Assembly (NCBI GenBank): GCA_964016885.1
Contig: OZ024746.1
Span: 80,538,001-80,602,000 of the forward strand
DNA: 64,000 bases
Direction: 5' to 3'
Source of the DNA: Eledone cirrhosa
Taxonomy: Eukaryota
Positions 41,726-54,621 of the stretch are shown here, piece by piece (the first letter of the stretch is position 1; each line of letters begins with the position of its first letter). Below the pieces are notes generated by a model. The model was not told the origin of the DNA and searched no databases. It worked only from the letters and a program-made list of their open reading frames with translations. The position numbers and the translations under genes were made by a program.

Positions 41726-44066
41726 TATATGAAACATCTGTTTGGTTTCTTTGTATGCTATCATTTGCTATAATTAACTCTTATTAATAGGCCATCCTCT
41801 CTTTTTAAGGAGTTTATATCTAAATAAATAGATTTTTTTTCTCTCTCTAAATTCAATACAAGTTGATCAGCAACTCTTTAATTACATTATATTTCGTAAA
41901 TTATGAAAACTGGACACTGTGTTGTGTGGGTGTGGGTATATGGTGGTGTTGCTGGAGGAGGTGTGGTGTGAAATTATTGCTTTATCGTTTTGACTGAAGT
42001 CAAATATCCTTAATATACGATGTTATGTATGGCTTGCCATAATAAAAATTGCCTTCTAACTAAATATAGTGTAGCTCTGATTTTTATTTGCATAGTGTTT
42101 GGTGTTGATAGAGGAAAGAGAGAGAGAGAGCTTGTCTATATCAGCTTAATTGTACACAGTGAATTTTATTGATTGTCATTTTATAGTCATAAAGATATCA
42201 ATCGTTTTGATATCTAATATGAATAAACACATATCTGTAAATGGTGTTCCAATAACAACATTGGAAAAATGTCAAATAAATTAAATAAATATTTTAGCTT
42301 TGTCCAGGGTCAATAATATTGTTTTCCTCTCTTGTTAAGTGCTTATTGTTTCCTCAATGATTTGTAAAATCCTATTTATTTGTTTAGTTTTCTTTTTTTT
42401 CTTTTTTTTTTAGATTTTACATTTTTTTAAATCTTATCTTTTTTTCATTACTTTTGTAACAGAAAAGTTGTTTATTTTTTATTTATATATATTCTTGGTT
42501 TGCCAATTTTTTTTGTGTGTGTGTGTGTGGAGGGGGTCTGTCTTTCAGTTTACTTTGATAATTACTTGCTTATCAAGATTATATATTTTGAAAATTTAGC
42601 CAAAATTACTCAAGCTAATAATAATGATGATGATAATAATAATATAACTGATAGTTTAATTTAATAACTGTTTAGTTAACAATAAGGAAGAGAATGTTTT
42701 ATATATATATACACACACACACACGTATATGTACATATATTGTTAACAATTTTATTGTTAACCAATTTGCTTTTTCCTAGAATGTTTAAAATGTATCAAA
42801 ATAAGATTACTAATTACAAGCTTGGCACTTTTGTTGGTGAAGCTATAAATACATACACACACACATATATAATTAATGTTCTACTAGTGAACAGTAAAAT
42901 GTTTTGTTTCTATGTCTGTTTTGGTGTAATGGTTTCTGCTAATGATGGCTTCTTGTATAATTGAAATTGCTTAATATATATATATATATATAGTGTGTGA
43001 CCAAGACCTTTGTAGGCTCTCTGAGACTGGTGAGATAAATATGTTTGGACAGCTCTGTAAAATACCCATCAGTAGGAAAGGCATAGATGACTATAGAATG
43101 TACTTGAGGATGGGGGGAAGGGTTTTGGTATAGTAGGAATATATATATATATGTGAGAAGGATTCGGATATATGGGACCTAGGAACGGTATGCAGCTGGC
43201 TAGAGATGGTATGTAGGTAGTTGATGCTGAAGTTAATGTTGTAGTAGGGATACTATAACAGTGCATCTGCAGGCCTTATAGTGTAGTGATTGTTTGAATC
43301 TTTGCCAATCAGTCAATGGAAGTCATTTTGAATATGATGTGTGTATCTGAGTGATTGCAACACTCTCTCAGATATGTATTTCTTGGTCTTGAAAGCCAGT
43401 CTTTGGAATAGATGCCGTTTTAGTTATGTGGAGGCCACAAGGAAAAATAAGATTATAATAGAAGGTTTTCAGAGGAACATAAACTTTGAAATAAGTAATT
43501 TTTATATTGTAGAACCAAGGGTAGTTTTAGGTGATTTGATAGAAAAAGTTTAACCCTTCAGCCCTAAGATTATGCATCAATATATACCTACCACACGATG
43601 GATTGGCAGTATCGGCAGAGGGTCAGACACCATGCTTTAACGCATTGAGTTACGGCCCTTGCCTTTCATCCTTACGTGGTCGATAAAATAAAGTACCAGT
43701 AATACACTGGATAATTGCTGGCCTTGTGCCAATAAAGTAGAAACAATTATTATTACTATAATGGTATATTATGTATACATTTTCATAATGATCTGTCCAC
43801 TAGTAAAGATATAAACATTTGAATTAAGTCATTTTTACATATTTTATACTAAATCATTAGAGGATGTCAAACCTGTAGCCTATTGTACATGGTATGTTAT
43901 AACAATAGATTTAGACAGCAAGAAAGTAAATTAAATTGAAGTGATGAATGTCATGTTGAAAGTAAAATTAAATTTTATGAAATGTTGCTAATTGGTAAAG
44001 AGCTATAAGATTAGGAGAGGGGGAGAGGGGTGAGTTGCTGTGTACTTCAAATTTTGAATCCTAATC

Positions 44067-44110
<44 letters not shown>

Positions 44111-45582
44111 ATGCATCATCATCATGTTAGATCTGCTTTGTAAAGTAGCATGGGTTGGATGGGGCGTTAGACACTAGTACTTAATTGGCACTACTGTCCT
44201 CCAAGGTGGATCAAGGGACCATGTTTTGCTTACATATGTTCAAGTTTTGGCAAGGTTTCTACAGTTGGATGCTCTTTCTATCTAATACAAACCACTTTAC
44301 AGAGTGTGGGGTCCTCATTTTATTGTGGTTGTCTGGACCTTCATTGGCAGTCTCCTTGACCCTGTGTTTTACTGGCCAAATATACCAAGTGCATTTTATG
44401 GTGTCACCAGCACTAGGGAGGCTGTATTGTTCCAGGACAAATGTGTTGAACAATGTAAACAGATACTGGGTGGGAGAGTATACTAAAAAATATAAGATTA
44501 CATTATCTGGTCCTTCCGGTCTTTCTTATTGCTTATTGGGTGTGAAATTTGACTGCTATTGCTGAAGCTCTTTTGCTGTTTTTGCCTTTCATTTTTTGGG
44601 TCAATAAAAGAAAGTACCAGTCAAATATTGGGGTTGATTTAGTTGACCCCCCCCCCCCCCCCCCATTACTGGTTTTGTGCGAAAATTAGAAACCATTGTT
44701 ATTATTATTGAAATGGCAGAATCATTTGGATAGAATGCTTTACAGAATTTGCTCTGGTACTCTGCACTCAGTTTAAATCCTGCCATTGTCAACTTTGCCT
44801 TTCATTCTTCTGGGCTCAATAAAATAAAGTACCAGTCAAGTATTGGTGTGAATTTAATTGACTTTTCCCTCTCTCCCAAATTGCTAATTTTGTGCCTAAA
44901 TAAGAAATCATTATTTCATTTCTGTTTGTGCAGATGGTGTTTTTTTTTGTGTTTTTTTTTTCTTTTAAGCAGTAGTGTGTGTGTTAAAAAAGCTAAGGAA
45001 CCACAGGAAAAACAAATAAATTGATCATAATGGATGATGTAAACTATTTAGATTACTAAAAGTTTGCTTCAGGTTAGCCATGTTTTATCGTGTAATATAT
45101 CACCTGATATAATAAATTTCTCGCAGGCAGCTTTCTACTTGTTTAGCAACCGGTTGATTTTTAGAAAGCCATTTATTTTTAAACTGCTTCAATCATTTTC
45201 TGCGGTTATTTATTTTTGCGGTCTTTAATCAATGAAAAAAATTTTTTAAATTCTTTATTATTATTATTATTTTTATTATTTTTAAAAATCTAAATTAAAT
45301 TTACCCTTATATTGTTCAATTATTCCACTTAATTAGTTATACTATAATTGAAAAATAAAAAAATAAAAATTTAAAAGAAAATGGGGGAAAAAAAAACCTC
45401 TTTCAAATGTATTTATAATGAAGAAAGAAAGGAAGGAAAAAAAACTAAGCAGCTATTGATTTATAAAATTATAAAAGCTGGCAATTAATACACTTTTAAT
45501 GGAAGCTAAATAGATAACTATTGTAAATATTTTTGCTCTCTGTTTTGTTTGGTGTTGTTACAAATCAAACCTATCTATGTAG

Positions 45583-45890
45583 GTTTAGCTGACCACCACC
45601 GAGATTCCATATAGGTTTTGCTGACCACCTATAAGGTTATATACCATAGATTTCTCATGTGTTTTGATGATTGTGCAGGTCCAAGTCCTATTATGTTGGT
45701 TTAGCTGACCACCAATGAAGTTGCATATCATAGGTATCTTGGGTGTTTTAATGATAGGTGTGGATCCCAATCCTAATATGTGGTTACAGCTCAAACCTGA
45801 ATAGATTTAGTCGACCACCAACGATGTTGCATATCAAAAGTTTCTCGGGAGTTTTAATGATAGGTGCAGGTCCCAGTCCTATCATATAAA
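45583..45890. repeat. About three tandem copies of a ~100-bp unit (TTTAGCTGACCACCAATGAAGTTGCATATCA...GTTTTAATGATAGGTG); single inverted homologue at ~28112-28196
   Basis: Visible internal repetition and reverse-complement similarity. Confidence 0.75.
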
Positions 45891-46657
45891 GACCTCTCTG
45901 TCCTGTGCCTGATACCAGTCCATTGGAGATTTGGCTGCTATTTCTAGTGGATTAGCTCATGACATTACATGATGGCTAGTAGTGGTGGCGGTGGTCCATT
46001 TTTTTTATGATACCCATATACACAGACACACATATAATACATATGTGAGTATTTTACAATGATGATGAATGGTGATATAATTCTATACTATTACTAACCT
46101 TATTTTAGGGAGAAACATATTGATTATATTTACAGTTTCAAGTCTGCTGAATAACTAACTGTATTTGATATTTTATGTAGTGAACATTGTATTGTAAAGT
46201 CCCTAAGGAGTGCCTAAGTTATCAGCAATGCTAAGCAACATCTCTCTCTCTCTCTCTCTCTCTCTACCATAAACTCTGGTCTCTATGCCAAGCTTTTTCA
46301 TAATATATTTGCTGTCTTTCTTACCCTCTCTATTAATTTCTCTTTTTTTAAATGTATTAATGAATTCACTTGTTTAGTTATTTGCAATATGTTAATTAAT
46401 GACAAAGTGGGAGAAATTAGGTGGGGGCAGGGAGAACTCTACAACCCTTTTGCTGGGACAGTATGTTCCAGCTGTGACCCTAGGGACAAGATTGTGATAG
46501 CATTGCTACAGAGAACAGCCAGTGGTGGTACACACTGCATCTGCTATTCCACCTAGTGGGACTCCTTCCTCTGGTATGATGATGTTCTCTTGATTACGAC
46601 AGCCCAGGGACCATGGCCACTGGAGGAACCCTAAATGACAATCATCTGTTCTAAATA

Positions 46658-47065
46658 TCTACAAATATAATAAATAGCCTTGTGTATTTGTCCGTCACAC
46701 ACTAGAGATGACTGAGGAAGGTAGGGGTGATTACGTTGACTGAGGAAGGAAGGGGTGATTACGTCGACTGAGAAAGGAAGGGGTGATTACTTCCACCGAG
46801 GAAGGAAGGGGGTGATTACCTTGACCGAGGAAGGAAGGGGTGATTACCTTGACCAAGGAAGGAAGGGGTGATTACGTCGACTGAGGAAGGAAGAGGTGTC
46901 TAATACACACACATCTATGTGATGACAGAGGAGTGAGAAACTATAGAAGTCCAACATTCTAAGATTCGTCACAGCTGTGTGTATGTTAGGAACCAACTAA
47001 CAAATATCTCATTATGTATAGATATTACAATTAGCCGTCTTTTTTGACGACACAGGGCTAGCTAG
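46658..47065 (+). mobile_element. Non-autonomous Helitron with an internal 28-bp minisatellite (46710-46898)
   Basis: Starts with TC after A, ends with CTAG before T; subterminal hairpin CGTC-T6-GACG (47036-47049); 5' TCTAC..ATAAATAG..TGTGTATTTGTCCGTCAC; no TSD; unit GACTGAGGAAGGAAGGGGTGATTACGT(T/C). Confidence 0.75.
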
Positions 47066-47813
47066 TTATTTATATTCTTTCTCATTGGGTGTACTAACTA
47101 TTACTCAATTATTTCAACTCTTCTGCTAACTCGTGTTTTTTTTTCCACGTATTTAATGTCTACACACGAAACCCATCATCATTACTTACTTTCGTTTGTT
47201 CAATTCTTCATATTTTTCAAATTACTTGTCTTTTTCTTTAATTCCATTAAGTACAGTCATTTAAGAAAGCATTATTTTTACAACAGTTTGGTTATTTTTA
47301 GGAAGCAATATATTGTTTCCACTTGATATTTTTTCTTTATTACACTGGGAAATCTCCTCTTAAAGTCAAGTAGGTCTTCCATAACTTTATTTTTTATTAT
47401 TTTTCAAAATTACATGACGTATATATATATAATAGATTCTTTCTGTATTTTTTATTATATACACTCAAAGCTCTCCACTACACACACACACACACACACA
47501 AACACCACACACAAACACCACACACACACACACACTATTTTTCCTCTCTCCCTTTCCTTCTCACTCTGCTGACTTTGAATTGACTGTATATTGTCAATAA
47601 GTGCTATATTTAACTATTTTGAAACCCATGGAAGCGTGTATGTAATGTGTAAGCATATTTGTACAACTTGTACATGTAAAAACATGCAGAAAAGTTTAGT
47701 AAAGCTTTTATGGACTTTGTTTCCCCACCCCCTTTTGAAATTTAGCCATAGGATAATATATTACGTTAGACTTGTTTATTAGCATGTGTGTGTCCGTATA
47801 TATATATATAGTG

Positions 47814-47850
<37 letters not shown>

Positions 47851-48153
47851 GATAGAGAGAGCTTATGTGTATACCACTGACATGCAACTTTGTGTGTATT
47901 ACAAAAACAATTTTTAAGTGGCTAGTTAAATATACATGTCTGTTGTGTGAGATATACAGTCAATTACATAGTATATTTGTGGTGCATACATAGGAGCCTA
48001 TGAATTTATATACCAACCTACAAGAGAACCAGCATGCAACTTTATATATATATGTATATGTGTGTGTGTGTATATGTATATGTGTGTGTGTGTATATGCA
48101 CGTGTGTGTGTGTTTCACAGGAATAAACTGCAGATTGTGGAGTGAAGTAGGTA

Positions 48154-48205
<52 letters not shown>

Positions 48206-49167
48206 TGTATATGTGAGATATACTTGTTAGCTGCTCCTTGAGTCAAATAACATATGAGTATATTTCTGTGATATAAAAAAAACTTCAACTTCCCTACCCG
48301 TCAGCCACTTACTGGCCACTTGACAAATCAGAGAAGAGCATCTTATATATGATAGTCAAGTCTAGTTTGTATTCTTGTGATAGCAGCTCTTGAAAAAAAT
48401 TAAAATTCCTAATGTATATTGTACTTTCCATCTGCTTTTTGCTCTTGTTTTATTTTTTTTTTTCTCTCTCTATTTCTCTCTATCTCCCTCCCTCTGCTTA
48501 CATTCCCCTCCCTACTTTCTCTTCAAGTAATCAGTTAAGTCATTTCATGATTGTTTTGTTTGTTCGTTTGTTTTCTGTATTTTTATTTTTGTTTGTTGGT
48601 TGTTTTTTTTCCTTCCTCCCTCTTGAGATCTGACAATCCAGGGCAGTGTGATGAGGGCTATGGTGCTTTCAGTGGAAGTCTAATTCATCCTGTTGCAAAC
48701 TGATAACACTTTTAATTTACAGGATCCTGGCCAAACACTGAAGTGTTTTGTTTTTAACCAGTTAGACACTGTAATGTCTCTAGTGTTTTTAGCCATTGTT
48801 CAGTATAACTTTGCTAATGCTTCAACCTCCTCCACTGTTCCCACCACCACCACCATCATTATCATCATCATCATCCAGTTAGTAATAATAATTATATGCC
48901 AACTTGGCAAGAAGTCTTTTCTTTACATACTTCTGCAGTTAACTGATTAATAAAGTGAAGCAGCCCTCAATGTCCTCTACTTTATCAGAAACGGTTCTTG
49001 GCTTCTTTCAAACACACAGTATACGAAAGTCTCCGAATTTATTTCAGTGATCTTCGGCCACTACCTACTCACTCAATCAGATAATAAGCTTACAAGCGAG
49101 AAAATGCTAGCTATCATTCAGAGTACACAGATTAGTGTATTTGTAAGATGGCAGTGTTTTGGTAATG

Positions 49168-49198
<31 letters not shown>

Positions 49199-49388
49199 TA
49201 TGAAAGAATAAGAAAAATAAAGCGAGGTCATTAATTAGTCTATCATCGTTTCAGAGAGCAATATGTCATAAACACCATACCATCAGCATTGAAAAAGCTC
49301 CTTCTTCTTTGCTGTTGTTCCTCATGCTAATATATATAGTATGTAGTATATATGTATATAATGTATGTAGTATATATGTATATAATGA

Positions 49389-49603
49389 TTTCTAGTATAG
49401 GCACAAGGCCAGTAATTTTGGGGGAGGGGAAAGTCGATTAAATCGACCCCAGTACGTTACTGGTGCTTTATTTTATCGACCCCCGTAAGGATGAAAGGTA
49501 AAGTTAACCTCGGCGGGATTTGAACTCAGACTGTAAAGGACCGTAACTCTATGCTGCAAAGCATGGTGTCCGACTCTCTACCGATACTGCCAATCCACCG
49601 CCC
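49389..49603 (-). mobile_element. Full-length, little-diverged SINE family A copy
   Basis: Intact head GGGCGGTGGATTGGCAGTATCGG, B box GAGTTCAAATCCC, CpGs retained; TAGTATATAT..GTATATAATGA duplicated on both flanks. Confidence 0.9.
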
Positions 49604-49957
49604 TAGTATATATATGTATATAATGAATGTAGTAGTTAGCAGAGGAGTCAAAAAAAGCTGAGTTGAGGTCAGAAAACTTATCTTGTTGATTAAGAAGAAT
49701 TCTTAAATTGATAAAAAGAAATGTATGTTGTTGATTCTGATTGGTTTTGTTAAGATTGGACCAAGGAAACAGTTTTCATTGCAAATACTACCTGGTGGTT
49801 GCTACTCATGGCAGAAAAGACAGAAATAATGATGTTAATTATGGGTTTTGGTAATCTGTAGTTTGAGGGCAGGAATTAGAGGTGGTTGTGATTGTGTTTG
49901 TTTACTCAAGAATGTAAATAAAATAAGGAAATCTGACAAATCCCACAAAAATGCAGT

Positions 49958-50213
49958 TTAACCCTTGTAACACTAAACTGCTTGAAACTGCACATGGTTC
50001 TCGGATTCAAAACTGTTTATTTTAAAGTGTTTATGTTTATCTAAAAACCTCCAGCATAATTTTGTCAAATCTTTTTTCTAAAACTCCTGCTTAATACCAA
50101 AAGAGATACATTACCAGATACATTACCAGATCCCACCAAATCTTTGAACATTTTCAAAATTATTTGAAAATCCTTAATGTCTTTCATTAGAAATTTGGTA
50201 ATGGAAGAGTTAA
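49958..50213. mobile_element. piggyBac-type MITE (~250 bp; TTAA-CCCTT ... AAGAG-TTAA); related copies at ~33474-33712, ~35773-36028, ~40935-41178
   Basis: TTAA-flanked degenerate terminal inverted repeats and shared internal sequence between copies. Confidence 0.6.
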
Positions 50214-50543
50214 GAAGAAAAATCTGGCAGCAAAATGTGTATAGTTTTAGCCAGTAAAACATCTGTGTTTGTGGAGAGAAAGAGAAAAGTGTTGCCTGAG
50301 AATATTGGGTTCCAGTGTTTACCATAGCTTTAAAGCCAGGTGTAAACCATAAAAGGGGGAGAACCATTGATTTAGAGTCTCTATTTCTTCATGACAGCTG
50401 TTTAATCAAGTCAGTTTTTGTCAAGGCTGAATCTCTCTTAATGTCGTCTCTGACTCAGAACTACTATTGTGATTCTTGTAGTAATTGAGACTCATAATGC
50501 CATACCTTAAAAAAAAAAAAGAAAGAGCCAGCTGTAAATGTAA

Positions 50544-50585
<42 letters not shown>

Positions 50586-51239
50586 CACACATGTATACAT
50601 ACGTTATAAAATTGAGCTTCACTTATCTTTTACGCCTGACATTTAATCTTATATATCTATCTCTACTCTCATTTGAGATTCAAATATATTTTTCTACTTA
50701 TAAAGGCCCTAAATTGGATGGATATATATATATATATATATATATATCTATCCATCCACCCAATTCAGGGCCTTTTCACTCCTGTTGCCCCCCCCCCCCC
50801 CCCCCCCCCCGGCTGGCCACCATCACTTAGTGGTGTAGTCATACTCACCATGCTTGGCCAATTGTAGGCTGGTGAGGCTATTTAACCCATAGATGGGTTA
50901 AATATATAGTGAGGAAGAAGATAATGGTAGGCAGTATAACTCTAGAGAGAAGTGATACTTCAGAGTCCTGTAGGAAACATGGCGTAAAGCCAATCAATGA
51001 TTTCATTTTAAATGACAACTATGAAGTTGTTTTTATTAGTGAAAGCAATGGTGAACAGAACAGAACAGAACATAGAATAGAACATATTACTTAAGGGCTC
51101 TGAAATAACTAGAAGTATAAATGTTTGCTTTTATGTGCGCGTGCGTGTGTATCTTGATTCGGTTAAATGAAATCATACATTGTAATGTTAAAAACCAATT
51201 CTATATATTACACGTGTAATATATGTGTATGTATGTATG

Positions 51240-51294
<55 letters not shown>

Positions 51295-51295
<1 letters not shown>

Positions 51296-51670
51296 AAGGG
51301 CGGAAGAACTCATAAGAGTCAATGGCCATTCGAAAGTGTGTAAATATGTATATACACATGTACTGCGCGGTTAAACCACTGGGAGTGAAGGACCCCTAGC
51401 CTTTGTCAGGGCATTCTTCTAGGAGAAGGCAACTCAGGAAACTGGAATAACTCCGATATAAAACCTGTGGCTCAGTAGTTACCGATGATGTTGATCCTTT
51501 CTTCTTTTCGGGTTATAGCTACTGTCGCCCAGAGAGTGGGATTGGCTCAGTGCACAGTCTTTCCTCACTTTAAAAAATATCTTCACGCACAGGCATTACA
51601 CGATAGAATTAATTAATAATTATTAATAATGGTATATCGTGCAATGGCCATACTCGATAACGAGAGGGCA

Positions 51671-51676
<6 letters not shown>
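51295..51676 (+). mobile_element. Unclassified ~380-bp insertion in (TA)n, possibly derived from an RTE 5' region
   Basis: Complex GC-richer block bounded by (TA)n; CTAGGAGAAGGCAACTC motif. Family assignment is tentative. Confidence 0.4.
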
Positions 51677-51701
<25 letters not shown>

Positions 51702-51754
51702 CGTGTGTGTGTGTGGAGTTCCAGGTTCAATCGGGGGGTAACCACAGTAAGGAA

Positions 51755-51806
51755 GGTACTCCTGATGATTTTTTTTCAAATGAAACGGTTCTAGTCCTGT
51801 AGAAGC
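51755..51806 (+). ncRNA. Type I hammerhead ribozyme motif (weak stems I and II)
   Basis: CTGATGA (51762-51768), TTTTTTTTCAAAT, GAAA (51782-51785), stem III ACGG/CTGT, GTA triplet (51799-51801). Confidence 0.55.
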
Positions 51807-52019
51807 CATTTCTATATTAAATTTTGTGTGTGTGTGTGTATACATACACATACATATAATACACACACACACACATACATGCAAACATACACACATCTAT
51901 GTATTTATCATTATTAACTCGTTTAAACACAATTGTAGATGTCACTTTCTATCTTTTTCTCTTTTCTCTCAATGTTTGTATTTGTCTAATGTTAATAAAC
52001 ATCCTCATACATGTGTCGT

Positions 52020-52067
<48 letters not shown>

Positions 52068-53098
52068 AACACACATACGTGTAGTTACGCACACAAAAGT
52101 GTGGTGGATGAAGAGGAAAACATTCAAAATACAAACTAAAAACAAAAATAAAATGAAACAAATACATACATGTGTAAAAAAAAAAACCACACAAACCTTT
52201 CTTGGAATTTTCTGGGTTGTTTGCAGTTGATGTTGGTTTTTCTTTTCTTGGTCTGTGTATCTTAGCTGTAGTAAGCATTACAGAAGAGGAGGGTGGGAGG
52301 ACTGGTGTTGGCGGAGGGTTTATGGGGTTAGGTGTAAAAAAAAAACAAAAAAAATACAAAAACAATCCAAAGAGATAAAAAATAAATAAATAAAAGAGAA
52401 TTCTTGTGCGCCTTCCTCATTCTCTTTTAGTAAGTCGGCTGTCAAGCAAAACATGATGATTTCGAACTAATGTTTACATAACTTATCTAATCAAACTATA
52501 TATCTTTTTAAAAGTAAATTTAATTTAAAGCAATGTATGCATTTCAGCAAAGTTTGTTTTATTTATTAGTATTGTTGTTGTTTTGGTAGCTATTATTATT
52601 ATTATTATTATTATTGTTTTGTAAACCTGTGTGTGTATGTATAGATATTTCAATGCAATAAGTTATCTTTTTGAATTCATTCTATTATTTGATTTGATAA
52701 AAGGAAAATGTGTGTATGTATGCGTGCATCTATTTTTCAACTTTGTGTTTATCTAGAATTTTTTTCTTTGTATAATAAACACATCTTTTCCTCTCCCCTC
52801 TGTCCAATGTGTTTTCTCTATCATTCCTTTAGAAGTAAAATAAATAAGCACGCACACACACACACACACATTTCTATATTGATGAGTCAAGAGTTAAAGA
52901 AAAAAAAACAAACTCAAGATATTTAGGTAAATATCTGTGTGTATGGAGGTATACTTAGGTACATATTCATGTATTATGTGTGGTGTACTTCAGTACATAT
53001 ATATATTTATATATATACACGTACATGTACATGTGTGTGGTGTGTACATAGGTGTGTGTGTATATGTATATATATATATATACACACACACATGTATA

Positions 53099-53138
<40 letters not shown>

Positions 53139-54168
53139 CACATATGTATATGTATAAATCGGTGTATGTGTGTATATATTTACATATACTTAGCTATTTT
53201 TCTCAGACAGGTTGAGTTTAAATATTTTCTTGAATTTTTTTTTTGCCCTAGCAAAATATTTCCTCTGTGTAGTAGTCCTTGCCAATTCAGATGTTGGGAG
53301 GTTTGGTGTATAATAGAATTATAAAAAAAAAAGAACTGTATGTGCACATAAACAAAATGAATACTATATTCTAATAATTTTAAAAGCAGCTGCCTTGGAA
53401 AGATATTTTTTCAAGTTTTCACAGTTGGTACATCAATAAAATAAATTTGTTTTTACATGGCTTAGAATTCTCTTGTGAATCATTTTTCTTAAACTTTACA
53501 CATGTGTGTATATATTGCTCAAATTTTACATAACTTTCATGTTTTAGTTTTAAATTCTATGTTACCTTCTAATTCGGACATATCATCATTTTAACATCCC
53601 CTTTTCTATAATAAAATGGGTTTGATGAGACTTTTTGAGGCAGCATCTTACAACCTAATGACAACCTTTTTAGTTGCCTATTATATCACTATAAATCTGT
53701 GTGTCTAAAGTCTATCTCGAGCCCAGAGGCTCATCAGGTTGGTGAGTGTCCTGGTTTCCTTGGCGTTAAACGACTGAGAGTCCCCATGGACTGGACACCA
53801 GTCCAGTGCAGGGTTAAATACCCAGCTATTGCTGATATTCATTTTCAGATGAGTATACTCGAGCAACGGGAAATGAAATGTTTTGCCCAAGAACACAACG
53901 CACAACTCAGTCCTGGAATCAAACCCATATTATGATCATAAGTCCAACACCCTTAACACTAGGCCATGTGCCTTCACATGTGTGTGTGTGGAAAGAGTGA
54001 ATAAAACTGCCTATGAGAGTTGAACCACATATCAATCATTTCCTAGATGGCTGTATTTACCGATTACACCAAAATCTCTCTGAACAGCACTCAAATTTTC
54101 ACTTTACTAGAATTTACCTCCTCCCATTTTCATCACTTTTACACCACTATATATATATATATATATAA

Positions 54169-54382
54169 ATAACGAAGGAAATGTGGTAAGGAACCAGAAG
54201 GACCATAACGCACCTAAGTACTCAATACTTAGGGTAGTAGAGTGGGTAATAGGAACGAGTAGGACCCTGACAGCTGAGCTCAAGCCGTTTCAACGGCTAT
54301 TTCTGGACTAAATGAACATTTTTAGAATTCCAGAATTAGCCGTCGAAACGGCTTGAGCTCAGCCGTCGGGGTCCTACTCGTT

Positions 54383-54387
<5 letters not shown>
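54169..54387 (-). mobile_element. (TA)n-inserted element with a ~59-bp inverted repeat (54249-54307 / 54329-54387) containing a hammerhead 3' half
   Basis: GAAA(54345-54348)-CGGCT-TGAGCTC-AGCCG-TC-GGGGTCC; arms nearly perfect; tail GTATTGAGTAC on the minus strand at 54218-54228. Confidence 0.78.
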
Positions 54388-54440
<53 letters not shown>

Positions 54441-54441
54441 T

Positions 54442-54494
54442 AAGATTCTACAGGACTAGAACTGTTTCATTCTTTAGAAATCATCAGGAATCTC
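54442..54494 (-). ncRNA. Type I hammerhead ribozyme motif (minus strand)
   Basis: Reverse complement: GAGATTC-CTGATGA-T TTC TAAA GAA T-GAAA-CAG TTCTAGTC CTG-TA-GAATCTT; stem I 7 bp, stem III ACAG/CTGT, GUA triplet. Confidence 0.72.
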
Positions 54495-54502
54495 CTGATT
54501 TC

Positions 54503-54555
54503 GAGATTCCTGATGATTTCTAAAGAATGAAACAATTCTAGTCCTGTAGAATCTC
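54503..54555 (+). ncRNA. Type I hammerhead ribozyme motif (plus strand, same sense as the Groucho pre-mRNA)
   Basis: Stem I GAGATTC (54503-54509)/GAATCTC (54549-54555), CTGATGA (54510-54516), stem II TTC/GAA, GAAA (54529-54532), stem III ACA/TGT, predicted cleavage after A54548. Confidence 0.72.
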
Positions 54556-54621
54556 ATCTATATTAAAACTTTTATACTCTGCTATGTATTGAGTACCTTA
54601 CTTACGTACGGAATAACGTAC

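Noticed and set aside
48640-48712. Possible C/D box snoRNA (GTGATGA ... CTGA)
   Set aside because: Weak terminal stem, no clear C'/D' boxes and no guide target I can recognise.
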